The notes beneath the pieces are model-generated. The model worked only from the letters and a program-made list of their open reading frames with translations. It did no database searches and was not told the origin of the DNA. This document shows, in pieces, positions 38,394-47,110 of a stretch of 64,000 nucleotides of DNA. Each line of letters begins with the position of its first letter. Within the stretch, counting starts at the first letter, position 1. The position numbers and the translations under genes were made by a program. The stretch comes from Acidobacteriota bacterium (GTDB lineage Bacteria; Acidobacteriota; Holophagae; Holophagales; Holophagaceae): assembly GCA_021802985.1 (NCBI GenBank), contig JAJZQW010000002.1:4082-68081 (forward strand), read 5' to 3'.

Positions 38394-38457
38394 GGATCCA
38401 TGCTAGGCCCCGGGCTGGATGGCCGTCCTCCGATCTCCGTCGCTGGAATTCAGACTC

Positions 38458-38970
38458 TCAGTCCCAGACAAATGGAAGCGGCGGCTGGGGCGGCGCCTTG
38501 GGCAGGACCCCCTCCAGGCGCAGGAGGTATTCCTTCATGTCCAGGCCGCCCCCGTAGCCCACCAGGGAACCGTCGGAGCCAATGACCCGGTGGCAGGGGA
38601 TCAGGATGGCGATGGGATTGGCCCCGTTCGCCCGGGCGGCGGCGCGGATGCACTTCTCCTCCCCCAACCGCCTGGCCAGCCCAAGGTACGAGATCGCCTG
38701 GCCGTAGGGGATGCGGCCCAGTTCCTTCCACACCCGCTGCTGGAACTCCGTACCGTGGGCCACCAGGGGAATGTTGAAGTCGCGGAGGTTGCCCGAGAAA
38801 TAGGCCTCCAGCTGGCGCTTCAGGAAGGGCAGCGACCTTGGAACGGGGCCGGTCGGCGGTGCCGGCGGCTGCCCATGGATGCGGGTCAGCCGCACCAGGC
38901 GACCTTCCGCATCGAATTCCGCCCCCAGGGGCCCCAGGGGCGAAGACAGCAGGTGGAGGGGGCCAGCCAT
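38458..38970 (-). CDS. methylated-DNA-protein-cysteine methyltransferase (Ogt-like) 2
   Basis: SPLG, QLEAYFSG, GTEFQQRVW, IPCHRVIG, GYGGG. Confidence 0.93.
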   Translation of the reverse strand: MAGPLHLLSSPLGPLGAEFDAEGRLVRLTRIHGQPPAPPTGPVPRSLPFLKRQLEAYFSGNLRDFNIPLVAHGTEFQQRVWKELGRIPYGQAISYLGLARRLGEEKCIRAAARANGANPIAILIPCHRVIGSDGSLVGYGGGLDMKEYLLRLEGVLPKAPPQPPLPFVWD

Positions 38971-38990
38971 GGACACCAGAATGGCAGGAT

Positions 38991-39455
38991 TTAGGGCCTT
39001 CGCCAGCCGTGCCCGGCCTCCAACTCCCGCAGGGCGACGGGTACGGGCCCTTCACCCTCCCGAGGAACCCGGTGTGAGGGGATGAGGACGGCGATGGGGT
39101 TGGCCACGCAGGCCATGAGGACCACCTCGGGGTCGAGGTGGAGCCGTGCCGCCAGGGATTCGATGGATTCCACCTTGCCGTAGGGGATCGCCAGAAGGGC
39201 ATCCCACACCCGCAGCTGGGAGAAGGAACCCTGCGGATCCAAGGGCACCGTGAAGGTACGCAGGGTACCCGCCAGGTAGGCCTCCATCTGGAGATCCAGG
39301 AACCGCTTGGCTTCCCGCTGTTCCTTGGGGGGGAGGGGACTCGTCTTGCGGGGATCCAGCCCTTCCATGGCCAGTTCCCTCAATCGGCCACGGCCATCGA
39401 AGGCCGCCCTCAAGGGGCCCAGCGGAGAGGTCAACTCGTAATGCCAGACATGCAT
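38991..39455 (-). CDS. Ogt-like protein with PSHRV instead of PCHRV (probably catalytically inactive)
   Basis: SPLG, Q..AYLAG, VWDALLAIPYG, NPIAVLIPSHRV; start MHVWH. Confidence 0.8.
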   Translation of the reverse strand: MHVWHYELTSPLGPLRAAFDGRGRLRELAMEGLDPRKTSPLPPKEQREAKRFLDLQMEAYLAGTLRTFTVPLDPQGSFSQLRVWDALLAIPYGKVESIESLAARLHLDPEVVLMACVANPIAVLIPSHRVPREGEGPVPVALRELEAGHGWRRP

Positions 39456-39514
39456 GGGAGCATGATGGCAGGGTGAGAGCGGAAGGGGGCGCTTCAAACG
39501 GGTAGACTGGCTCC

Positions 39515-40324
39515 ATGGCTGACCGTCCTTTCCGCCTTTCGATCATCGACTACCTGAATGCCGCTCCCCTGAATCACGGATTCAAGCACGGCCTGGGGTG
39601 GGAACACTTCCACCTGAAGTTCCATTTCCCTTCGGTCTGTGCGACCCAGCTCCGGGCCGGCGAGGTGGACGCCGGGATCATCAGCTCCATCGAATACCTC
39701 CGGATTCCGGACCTCCGCATCGTGCCGGGCCTCTGCATCGCCTCCCCGAAGCGGGTGCGCAGCGTGGTGATCCTCTCCAAGGTTCCGCCCGAGCAGATCC
39801 GGACCCTGGCCCTGGACACCTCCAGCCGCACCAGCGTGGTGCTGGGCCAGCTCCTGCTCCGGGAGCGCTACGGCGTGACACCGGCCCTCACCGACATGGG
39901 CCCCGACCTGCCCGCCATGCTTGAGGCCCACGATGCGGCCTTGATGATCGGCGATGCGGCCATGCGGGCCCCCAAGCAGGGCCTCTTCGTGCTGGACCTC
40001 GCCGAGGAGTGGCACGCCTGGACCGGCCTGCCCTTCGTCTTCGCCCTCTGGCTGGTGCGCGACGACGCACCCGAACTCCCGGTCCCCGGTGGCGTAGCGC
40101 CCTTCTTCCACAAGAGCCTGGAGATCGGCCAGGCGCAATTGCCCGCCATCGTAGAAGAAGCCCGCCAAACCATCGGTTGGACCAAGCTGGAGCTGACCGA
40201 GTACCTCACGGAGAACATCAGCTACACCCTGGGGGAGGCCGAGCAGAAGAGCCTCGGGCTCTTCTACGAAAAGGCCGTCCGCCACGGCTTTGCACCTGAA
40301 TTGAAGCCGCTCAGGTTCCTCTGA
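39515..40324 (+). CDS. mqnA: chorismate dehydratase (futalosine menaquinone pathway)
   Basis: I.YLN..P, V.SV, SSRTSV.L, LMIGD.A, DLAEEW..WTGLPFVFALW. Confidence 0.9.
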   Translation: MADRPFRLSIIDYLNAAPLNHGFKHGLGWEHFHLKFHFPSVCATQLRAGEVDAGIISSIEYLRIPDLRIVPGLCIASPKRVRSVVILSKVPPEQIRTLALDTSSRTSVVLGQLLLRERYGVTPALTDMGPDLPAMLEAHDAALMIGDAAMRAPKQGLFVLDLAEEWHAWTGLPFVFALWLVRDDAPELPVPGGVAPFFHKSLEIGQAQLPAIVEEARQTIGWTKLELTEYLTENISYTLGEAEQKSLGLFYEKAVRHGFAPELKPLRFL

Positions 40325-40334
40325 TTACGCTCAG

Positions 40335-41378
40335 CTACAGCGTCTTCATGTCCAGCACGAAGCGGTAGCGCACATCGCCCTTCATCATCCGGGTGTAGGC
40401 CTCGTTCACCTGCTGGACGGGGATCAACTCGATGTCGGAGACGATGCCATGCTCGGCGCAGAAGTCGAGCATCTCCTGGGTCTCCTTGATGCCGCCGATG
40501 AGCGATCCGCTGAGCGTCTTGCGCCCGCCGATGAGCGCGTGGGCGGCCACGGGCGTGGGCTCGGGCGGCACGCCCAGGAGGACCATGGCCCCCTCGACCC
40601 GGAGGAGGCCGAGGTACTTGTTGTAGTCATGGGGAGCGGAGATCGTATCGATGATGAGGTCGAAGCGGCCGGCCAGCTGCTTGAACGTGGCCTCATCGGA
40701 GGTCAATCCGAAGTGGTGGGCGCCCAGCCTTCGGGCATCGGCCTCCTTCGATTTCGAGGTGCTGAGCATGGTGACCTCGGCCCCCATGGCGGCGGCCAGT
40801 TTCACGGCCATGTGCCCCAGTCCGCCCAGGCCCACCACGCCCACCTTGTCGCCCTTCTTCGTGTTCCAGTGGCGCAGGGGCGAGTAGGTGGTGATGCCCG
40901 CGCAGAGCAGCGGCGCGGCGGCGGCCAGATCCAGCTTCTCCGAGACGTGCAGCACGAAGGCCTCGTCCACCACCACGCTGTCTGAATAGCCGCCGAAGGT
41001 CGGCGTCTTCCGATCCATCTCGGTGCCGTTGTAGGTGAAGGCGGCGCCCTTCTCGCAGAACTGCTCCAGGTCACGCTTGCAGCTCGCGCAGGTACGACAG
41101 GAATCCACCATGCAGCCCACGCCAGCCAGGTCGCCGGCCTTGAAGCCCTTCACATGGGCACCCACGGCGGTGATACGGCCCACGATCTCGTGGCCCGGCA
41201 CCATGGGATAGATGGAACCGCCCCACTCGTTCCGAACCTGGTGGATGTCCGAATGGCACACGCCGCAGAAGGCGATCTCGATGCGCACGTCGTGGGGACC
41301 CACCTCGCGGCGCTCGATCTGGAGGGGCCCCAGGGGCTCGATGGCGGAGGGGGTGGCGAAAGCCTTGGCGGTCGGCAT
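40335..41378 (-). CDS. NAD(P)-dependent Zn alcohol dehydrogenase (YahK/AdhC-like)
   Basis: CGVCHSD, PGHEIVG, structural C4, APLLCAGITTYSPL, GLGGLGH, VRYRFV. Confidence 0.95.
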   Translation of the reverse strand: MPTAKAFATPSAIEPLGPLQIERREVGPHDVRIEIAFCGVCHSDIHQVRNEWGGSIYPMVPGHEIVGRITAVGAHVKGFKAGDLAGVGCMVDSCRTCASCKRDLEQFCEKGAAFTYNGTEMDRKTPTFGGYSDSVVVDEAFVLHVSEKLDLAAAAPLLCAGITTYSPLRHWNTKKGDKVGVVGLGGLGHMAVKLAAAMGAEVTMLSTSKSKEADARRLGAHHFGLTSDEATFKQLAGRFDLIIDTISAPHDYNKYLGLLRVEGAMVLLGVPPEPTPVAAHALIGGRKTLSGSLIGGIKETQEMLDFCAEHGIVSDIELIPVQQVNEAYTRMMKGDVRYRFVLDMKTL

Positions 41379-41513
41379 GGGAACTCCAGGAAACGGAACT
41401 GAGAGTTACGACTCTAAACCGTCCTGCCCCAAAGGGAAGTAGGCACCCCGACGTGCGTAGGTGGCGGCGGCCAATCGGCGGTAGGATGCCACGCGCACCT
41501 GTCAGGAGACCCC

Positions 41514-42083
41514 ATGCCCCGCCCCGCCACCCTGCCCATCATTGACTGGAACGCCGTCTTCACCTCCGGCCTGGACTACGCAGCCTGGCTTGCCTCCGCG
41601 GAGTCGGCCGAGCAGCGGAACAAACTCGAAGACCAGCGGCAGGCCCTCACGCTGGAACCTGGCGTGGCGGGTTTTTTGGGCGCCCTGCCCCGGCTCGTCC
41701 ATGTGGTCGCCATCGCCGAGGACTGGTGCGGCGACGTGGTCCGCCATGTGCCGGTGCTCCAGCGCATGGCCGAGGCCGCCCCGTTGTTGAAGGTCCGCTA
41801 CCTTACGCGGGAGCAATGGCCGGAGGTTTTCGCGCGGTTCCTCACCAACGGCGGCGAGGCCATCCCGAAGTTCATCTTCCTGAGCGACCGCTTCGTGGAA
41901 TGCGGAAACTGGGGCCCCATGCCTGAGGCCTGCCGCACGCTCATCGCCCGGGGCAAGGCCTGCGGCGACGTTGCCACGGCCCGGAAGAAGGTGGCCGCCC
42001 GCTACGAGGCCGATGGGAACCGACGGGAGGTGGTGGAGGAGCTGCTGCAGCGGATCGACGTAGCCTCGAGCCGCGAACCCTAG
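41514..42083 (+). CDS. thioredoxin-family protein (Thioredoxin_9-like)
   Basis: AEDWCGDV, TNGG.AIP, WGP; AGGAG RBS. Confidence 0.85.
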   Translation: MPRPATLPIIDWNAVFTSGLDYAAWLASAESAEQRNKLEDQRQALTLEPGVAGFLGALPRLVHVVAIAEDWCGDVVRHVPVLQRMAEAAPLLKVRYLTREQWPEVFARFLTNGGEAIPKFIFLSDRFVECGNWGPMPEACRTLIARGKACGDVATARKKVAARYEADGNRREVVEELLQRIDVASSREP

Positions 42084-42089
42084 GAACCC

Positions 42090-42395
42090 GTTCAGAACGG
42101 GGGCTGACTGGCCTGACGGCCTTTGAGGAGAAGTGCCCTCGGATCCTCCGCGGACAAAGTCAGGTAGCGGTTCCAGGTTTCCAGCTACCATCCGGGTTCC
42201 TCCAGGCCCCGGTGGGCGTCTGCCGGCCGTTGATGGGTCTGGTCCGGGTCCAGTGCTCGACGGAAACCGGCCACCGCAGACCTGCGACCCCGGCCTTGCG
42301 ACTTTTCGGAAATCTGCGGCCTGTCAGCACCCGATTCCCCGACCAGCCATTCAAGGGATCAGTCTGGTTCTCCGGCACTGCCAATGGATCCTCTG
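42090..42395. ncRNA. candidate structured non-coding RNA, family unassigned (G-U pairs slightly favour minus strand)
   Basis: ~300-nt gap between convergent genes with many nested helices, e.g. TGCCGG 42221-26/42372-77, CTGGTC 42239-44/42341-46, GTGCT 42253-57/42326-30, CCGCAGA 42274-80/42313-19, GGTAGC 42163-68/42184-89. Confidence 0.5.
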
Positions 42396-42405
42396 ATTCA
42401 CCGGC

Positions 42406-43194
42406 TCAGCGTCCGCCCTCGCCCATCCGGAACATCAGGATCGCCCCGGCGGCGGCGACGTTCAGGCTGTCCATGCCCGAGGCCATCGGGATGGCCACGG
42501 CGCGGTCGCAGCGGCTCACGGCCTCGGCGTCGAGCCCCCGATCCTCGGGCCCCAGCACCAGGGCACAGCGGGTCGCGGGCCTCCAGGCATGGGCATCCTC
42601 CGCCTGGGGAACCAGGGCCGCCGCTGCGATCTCCGAGCCCGGGGAGGCGGCCTTCCAGTCCGCCAGGGCGGGCCAGGGATCCTCCTGCAGCCAGACCGGG
42701 ATGCGCCACACGGCGCCCATGGACACGCGCACCGTGCGCCGGCTCCAGAGCCCCGGCCCCGGTCCCGCCAGCACCCCGTCCAACCCCAGGGCCGCGGCGC
42801 TGCGCAGCAGCAGACCCAAATTCTCGGTGTCATGCAGGCGCGGCAGCACCAGCAGCCGACGGGCCCCGCGCAGGGCCGAGAGAGGCGGGGGCGAAGGCAC
42901 GACGGCGCAGGCCATGAGGCCGCGATGGAATGGGAAACCCGCCAACGCCGAAAGCGCCGCCGGATCTGCGGTCAGCAGTTCCGTCCCTGCCGGCAGCCGC
43001 CCGGCCAGGGCCTCCGCCGCCGCAGTCGTGGCGGCCACGGACACCACCCGAGGCCCACCCCGACCCGCCGCCGCCAGCAGGTCCTCCACGAGGATGCGGC
43101 CCTCGGCGATGAAGCAGGGGCCGTGCTCCGGGTGCTCCCGCGTCCCCGCGAAGCGCAGATCGCGGTAGGGTTCCCAGGGATCGAAAGCGGCCAT
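42406..43194 (-). CDS. TrmH/SpoU-family RNA methyltransferase
   Basis: FIAEG, FHRG, D.ENLG.LLRSA, LG.EDRGL, IPM..GMDSLNVAAA. Confidence 0.92.
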   Translation of the reverse strand: MAAFDPWEPYRDLRFAGTREHPEHGPCFIAEGRILVEDLLAAAGRGGPRVVSVAATTAAAEALAGRLPAGTELLTADPAALSALAGFPFHRGLMACAVVPSPPPLSALRGARRLLVLPRLHDTENLGLLLRSAAALGLDGVLAGPGPGLWSRRTVRVSMGAVWRIPVWLQEDPWPALADWKAASPGSEIAAAALVPQAEDAHAWRPATRCALVLGPEDRGLDAEAVSRCDRAVAIPMASGMDSLNVAAAGAILMFRMGEGGR

Positions 43195-43221
43195 GGGACG
43201 AGTGTACGGGGAAAAAGCAAA

Positions 43222-43250
43222 AACCCCGCAGAATGGGTGTCTGCGGGGTT
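43222..43250 (-). terminator. intrinsic terminator after tRNA-Lys
   Basis: AACCCCGCAGA / TCTGCGGGGTT stem followed on the minus strand by a U-rich tract. Confidence 0.8.
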
Positions 43251-43257
43251 CTCTACC

Positions 43258-43334
43258 TGGTGGTCCCTCCCGGGCTCGAACCGGGGACCCTCTGATTAAG
43301 AGTCAGATGCTCTAACCAACTGAGCTAAGGGACC
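43258..43334 (-). tRNA. tRNA-Lys(CTT)
   Basis: Reverse complement GGTCCCTTAGCTCAGTTGGTTAGAGCA-TCTGA-CTCTTAA-TCAGA-GGGTCCCCGGTTCGAGCCCGGGAGGGACCACCA. Confidence 0.97.
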
Positions 43335-43394
43335 TCAAGACGAAAAGTCTACCAGAATCCGGACTGGCCGCAAGGACCCGGTGCGCGGCCTGGC

Positions 43395-44384
43395 TCACAG
43401 CATGGGGAGCTGCATGGCCTCGCGCACATCGGCCATGGTGGCGCCGGCCACGGCCCGGGCCCGGGCGCTGCCGTCCCGGAGGACCTCCTCCAGGTGATCC
43501 GGCCGGGCGAGGTGGGCCTCGATCCGCTCCCGCACGGGTTCGATGCGCCGGGTGATGGCCTCGGCCACGCGTTTCTTGCAGTCGAAGCAGCCGATGCCGG
43601 CGCGGCGGCATTCGGTGTTCACCAGCGCCACGGTGGCGTCATCGCTGAAGAGCTTGTGGAACTCGAAGACGGGACAGATGTCGGGGTTGCCCGGGTCGTT
43701 CTTGCGCACGCGGGCGGGATCCGAAGCCATCTGCCGGGTGCACTTCTCGAGGATCTCGGCGTTGGTGTCCCGCAGGTAGATGCAGTTGCCGTAGCTCTTC
43801 GACATCTTGCGGCCGTCCAGACCCGGCACCTTGGGCGTCTTGGTGAGCACGGCCTCGGGCTCGGGGAAGACCTCCCGCTGGTAGAGGAAGTTGAAGCGGC
43901 GAAGCACCTCGCGAGCCAGTTCGACGTGGAAGAGCTGGTCCTCCCCCACGGGTACCTTGCGGGCCTTGTAGAGGATGATGTCGGCGGTCATCAGCAGGGG
44001 GTAGCCCAGGAAGCCGTAGCTGCCCAGGTCGGTCACGGCGTTCTGCATCTTCTCCTTGTAGGTGGGCACCCGCTCCAGCCAGGAGAGTGGCGTGACCATG
44101 GAGAGCAGCAGGTGCAGCTCGGCGTGCTCCTTCACCAGGCTCTGCACGAAGAGGGTGCTCTGCGCCGGATCCAGGCCCGCCGCGAGGTACGTGGCCGTCA
44201 GTTCCAGCGTGGCGGGCCAGATCTCCCCGACGGATTCGTATTTCGAAGTCAGCGCGTGCCAGTCCGCGATCATGTAGAAGGTTTCGCCCTGCCCCTGCAG
44301 CCGCGTGAAGTTCTCGAGGGCCCCCACCAGGTGGCCGATGTGCTGGGAGCCGGAGGGCTGGATGCCGGAGAGGACGCGATGCAT
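43395..44384 (-). CDS. trpS: tryptophan--tRNA ligase
   Basis: SGIQPSG..HIGH, ADWHALT, YPLLM.ADI, VPVGEDQ..H, KMSKS. Confidence 0.97.
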   Translation of the reverse strand: MHRVLSGIQPSGSQHIGHLVGALENFTRLQGQGETFYMIADWHALTSKYESVGEIWPATLELTATYLAAGLDPAQSTLFVQSLVKEHAELHLLLSMVTPLSWLERVPTYKEKMQNAVTDLGSYGFLGYPLLMTADIILYKARKVPVGEDQLFHVELAREVLRRFNFLYQREVFPEPEAVLTKTPKVPGLDGRKMSKSYGNCIYLRDTNAEILEKCTRQMASDPARVRKNDPGNPDICPVFEFHKLFSDDATVALVNTECRRAGIGCFDCKKRVAEAITRRIEPVRERIEAHLARPDHLEEVLRDGSARARAVAGATMADVREAMQLPML

Positions 44385-44410
44385 GAGGACTCCAAGACCG
44401 ATGGGAAGGG

Positions 44411-45160
44411 TCAGAACCGGAGGAAGATGCGGGCGATGAGCTCGATGCCGTAGAACACCACCCCGAAGACCGGCCCCAGGACATAGCCGAGGAGGCCGGT
44501 GAGGGCCAGCACGATGAGGGCGACCCCCATGAAGGGCTGGACCCGGTCGAACTTCGGCAGCCAGTTCCAGGGCAGCAGACCGCGGACAATGCCCGCGCCA
44601 TCAAGGGGCCCCAGGGGCAGGAGGTTGAACAGGGCAAGCGCGACGTTGATGAGCACCAACCGGCCCAGGAGCGCCAGGAAGAGGGTCGAAGTGGTGCTGA
44701 GGTGGAGCACCTGCAGGTTCTCCACCCTGGCGGCCAGCAAGGCGCGCACGAAGAAGGGATATTCCAGATAGGGGACCGGCGCGACGGCCTTCACCACCAG
44801 GAACATGATCCCCAGGAAGAGCAGCGCCTGGATCAGGTTGGAGATGGGTCCCGCACTGGCCACCAGGGCATACCCCGTCCGCTGGGTGAAGCGGCGGGTG
44901 AGCCTGCGGGGATCCACCGGCACCGGTTTGGCCCAGCCGATGAAGGGGAAGCCCGTGACCATGCCGAGCAGCGGAAAGATCACCGTGCCCAGCAGGTCGA
45001 TGTGGGCAATCGGGTTGATCGTCATCCGTCCCATGGAGGCGGCGGTGTCGTCCTCCAGCAGGTAGGCCGCCGTGGCGTGGGAGGCCTCGTGGACACTCAG
45101 ACTGAAGAGCAGGGCGACGTAGCTGACAAGGATGGTGGGGATGGATAGGTTGTCGAACAC
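44411..45160 (-). CDS. site-2 protease family (M50) membrane peptidase
   Basis: HEASH, GWAKPVP, AGP.SN, FNLLP..PLDG. Confidence 0.93.
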   Translation of the reverse strand: MFDNLSIPTILVSYVALLFSLSVHEASHATAAYLLEDDTAASMGRMTINPIAHIDLLGTVIFPLLGMVTGFPFIGWAKPVPVDPRRLTRRFTQRTGYALVASAGPISNLIQALLFLGIMFLVVKAVAPVPYLEYPFFVRALLAARVENLQVLHLSTTSTLFLALLGRLVLINVALALFNLLPLGPLDGAGIVRGLLPWNWLPKFDRVQPFMGVALIVLALTGLLGYVLGPVFGVVFYGIELIARIFLRF

Positions 45161-45266
45161 CTGGACTCCGGCAGAACTTCCATCCTAACCGGCCGGATGG
45201 CGATCTTCCTTCGTAAGCAGGGGGAATGGAGGCGGGCTATGCTTGGAGGTTCTGCCTGGAGCTGAC

Positions 45267-46871
45267 ATGTATCTGAAACCGAATTCGCCGGCGGCCGCAG
45301 GCGCCGGCAAGTCCCTGATCGGATTCAACGTCATCAACGGCCGCGAGGTCGAAGGCGACCTCTCCATGATCGAATCCCGCTCCGCCGTGGACAAGCGAGA
45401 CCTGGTGGGCGTCTTCCCCGACAGTGGGGAGAAGGACGTGGCCCGGGCGGCCAAGGCCGCGGCCGAGGCGTTCAAGTCCTGGTCCACCACCCCCGCCCCC
45501 GTTCGCGGGGCCCTGGTCCAGCGGATCGGCCAGGTCCTCGCGGAGCAGAAGGAAAAACTGGCCTGCATCATCACCCGCGAGATCGGCAAGACGCCCCGCG
45601 AGGCCCTGGGCGAGGTCCAGGAGGCCATCGACACCTGCACGTTCTTTGCCTCCGAGGGCCGTCGTCTCTACGGCCAGACCGTCCCCTCCGAGCTGCCCCA
45701 CAAGTCGCTGACCACCTATCGCCGCCCCGTAGGGGTCTGCGGCGTCCTGGCCGCCAACAACTTCCCCCTGGCCGTGCCCAGCTGGAAGATCATCCCCGCC
45801 ATCCTCTGCGGCAACACCGTGGTGTGGAAGCCCAGCGACGACGCGCCGGCCGTCGCCTACCTGTTCATGCTGGCCATGATGGACGCCGGACTGCCGGCCG
45901 GGGTGGTGAACACCGTCAACGGTCGCGGTCGCGCCGGCTGCGGGAAGCACTTCCTGGCGGGCATCGACAAGGGCTACTACCAGAAGTTCAGCTTCACGGG
46001 CTCCACGCCGGTGGGCCGCCTGATCGGGGAGGCCTGTGGCCGGAACCTCATCATCCCCAGCCTCGAACTGGGCGGGAAGAACCCCATGGTGATCATGCCC
46101 GATGCGGACCTGGACCTGGCCGTGCAGGGCGCGCTCTGGGCCGCCTTCGGCACCGCCGGCCAGCGCTGCACCAGCCTGGCGAACCTCATCGTCCACGAGG
46201 CCTGCGCCACCGAGTTCAAGCGGAAATTCATGGATGTCCTTGCCGCCATGGAAATGGGCAATCCCATGACCCATCCGGAAGTCACCTACGGCCCCATGAT
46301 CAACGCCCGCTTCGCCGAGGGCTTCCGAGAACACTGGGAGAAGGGCCGGGCCGACGGGGCAAAGCTCCTCAGCGGCGGCGAACAGTGGACCGAGGCAAAC
46401 CGCAGCGACCGCGTGAAGGGGCACATCGAGCACGGCGCCTACATGCAGCCCTGCGTGTGGGACGACGTCACGCCCGACATGTGGCTATTCCAGAACGAGG
46501 TCTTCGGACCCACCGTGAGCCTGACCACGGTGAAGGACTTCGACGAGGCCATGGCCTGCGCCAATGGCACGCCCTACGGCCTGTCCAGCAGCATCTACAC
46601 TGAGAACCGGCACTGGATCGAGCGCTTCAAACTGGAGATCAACGCCGGCATGGCCAGCATCAACAACAGCACCACGGGCGCCGAGGCGCACATGCCCTTC
46701 GGCGGCAACGGCTGGAGCGGCAATGGCACCCGCGAGAGCGGGATGTGGGTCATCGACTGGTACACCCGGTGGCAGGCCGTGAACGATGACGCCTCCGGCC
46801 GGTTGCAACTGGCCCAGATCGAAACGGATTACGGCCAGGCCAAGGCCCCAACGAACTGGGACAGCCTGTAG
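45267..46871 (+). CDS. aldehyde dehydrogenase family protein
   Basis: NFPLAVPSWK, WKPS, FTGST, LELGGKNP, GQRCTS, EVFGP, PFGG; GGAG RBS before MYLKP. Confidence 0.95.
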   Translation: MYLKPNSPAAAGAGKSLIGFNVINGREVEGDLSMIESRSAVDKRDLVGVFPDSGEKDVARAAKAAAEAFKSWSTTPAPVRGALVQRIGQVLAEQKEKLACIITREIGKTPREALGEVQEAIDTCTFFASEGRRLYGQTVPSELPHKSLTTYRRPVGVCGVLAANNFPLAVPSWKIIPAILCGNTVVWKPSDDAPAVAYLFMLAMMDAGLPAGVVNTVNGRGRAGCGKHFLAGIDKGYYQKFSFTGSTPVGRLIGEACGRNLIIPSLELGGKNPMVIMPDADLDLAVQGALWAAFGTAGQRCTSLANLIVHEACATEFKRKFMDVLAAMEMGNPMTHPEVTYGPMINARFAEGFREHWEKGRADGAKLLSGGEQWTEANRSDRVKGHIEHGAYMQPCVWDDVTPDMWLFQNEVFGPTVSLTTVKDFDEAMACANGTPYGLSSSIYTENRHWIERFKLEINAGMASINNSTTGAEAHMPFGGNGWSGNGTRESGMWVIDWYTRWQAVNDDASGRLQLAQIETDYGQAKAPTNWDSL

Positions 46872-46921
46872 ACGTCAGCCCCGGAACCACCTGGGGCTAG
46901 AATGAATCCAGGAGTGCCGCC

Positions 46922-47110
46922 ATGACCAAGTCCCTCGTCCCCGCCGATCTGATGAAATCCCTCCAGGCCGTGGACAAGCCGGTTGCCGAGGCCGGCGCAG
47001 CCAAGCCCAAGGCGAAACCCCAGCCCCACCCCATCCAGCGCGCTTCCACCAAGCCCCAGGGCAAGAGCGGCGGCGCCGCCCACATGCGGTCCAGCAACCG
47101 GGGCAAGTAG
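46922..47110 (+). CDS. small basic, probably disordered hypothetical protein
   Basis: AGGAG RBS, host-like codon usage, K/P/Q-rich tail ending MRSSNRGK. Confidence 0.65.
   Translation: MTKSLVPADLMKSLQAVDKPVAEAGAAKPKAKPQPHPIQRASTKPQGKSGGAAHMRSSNRGK

Noticed and set aside
42099-42395. tmRNA or RNase P RNA (GGGGGCTGA start; GAGGAGAAGT resembles GAGGAAAGTCC)
   Set aside because: No TTCGAC D-loop segment, T-arm/CCA end or tag reading frame for tmRNA; no complete P4 or AGAACCCGGCTTA-like motif for RNase P.
42099-42395. Hammerhead ribozyme, group I intron core, SRP RNA or HEARO/omega RNA
   Set aside because: No CUGANGA..GAAA core; the GACUG/CAGUC pair lacks other group I elements; no SRP CAGG..GGAAGG..AGCAG motif; HEARO-like words are in the wrong order and no IscB/TnpB is nearby.
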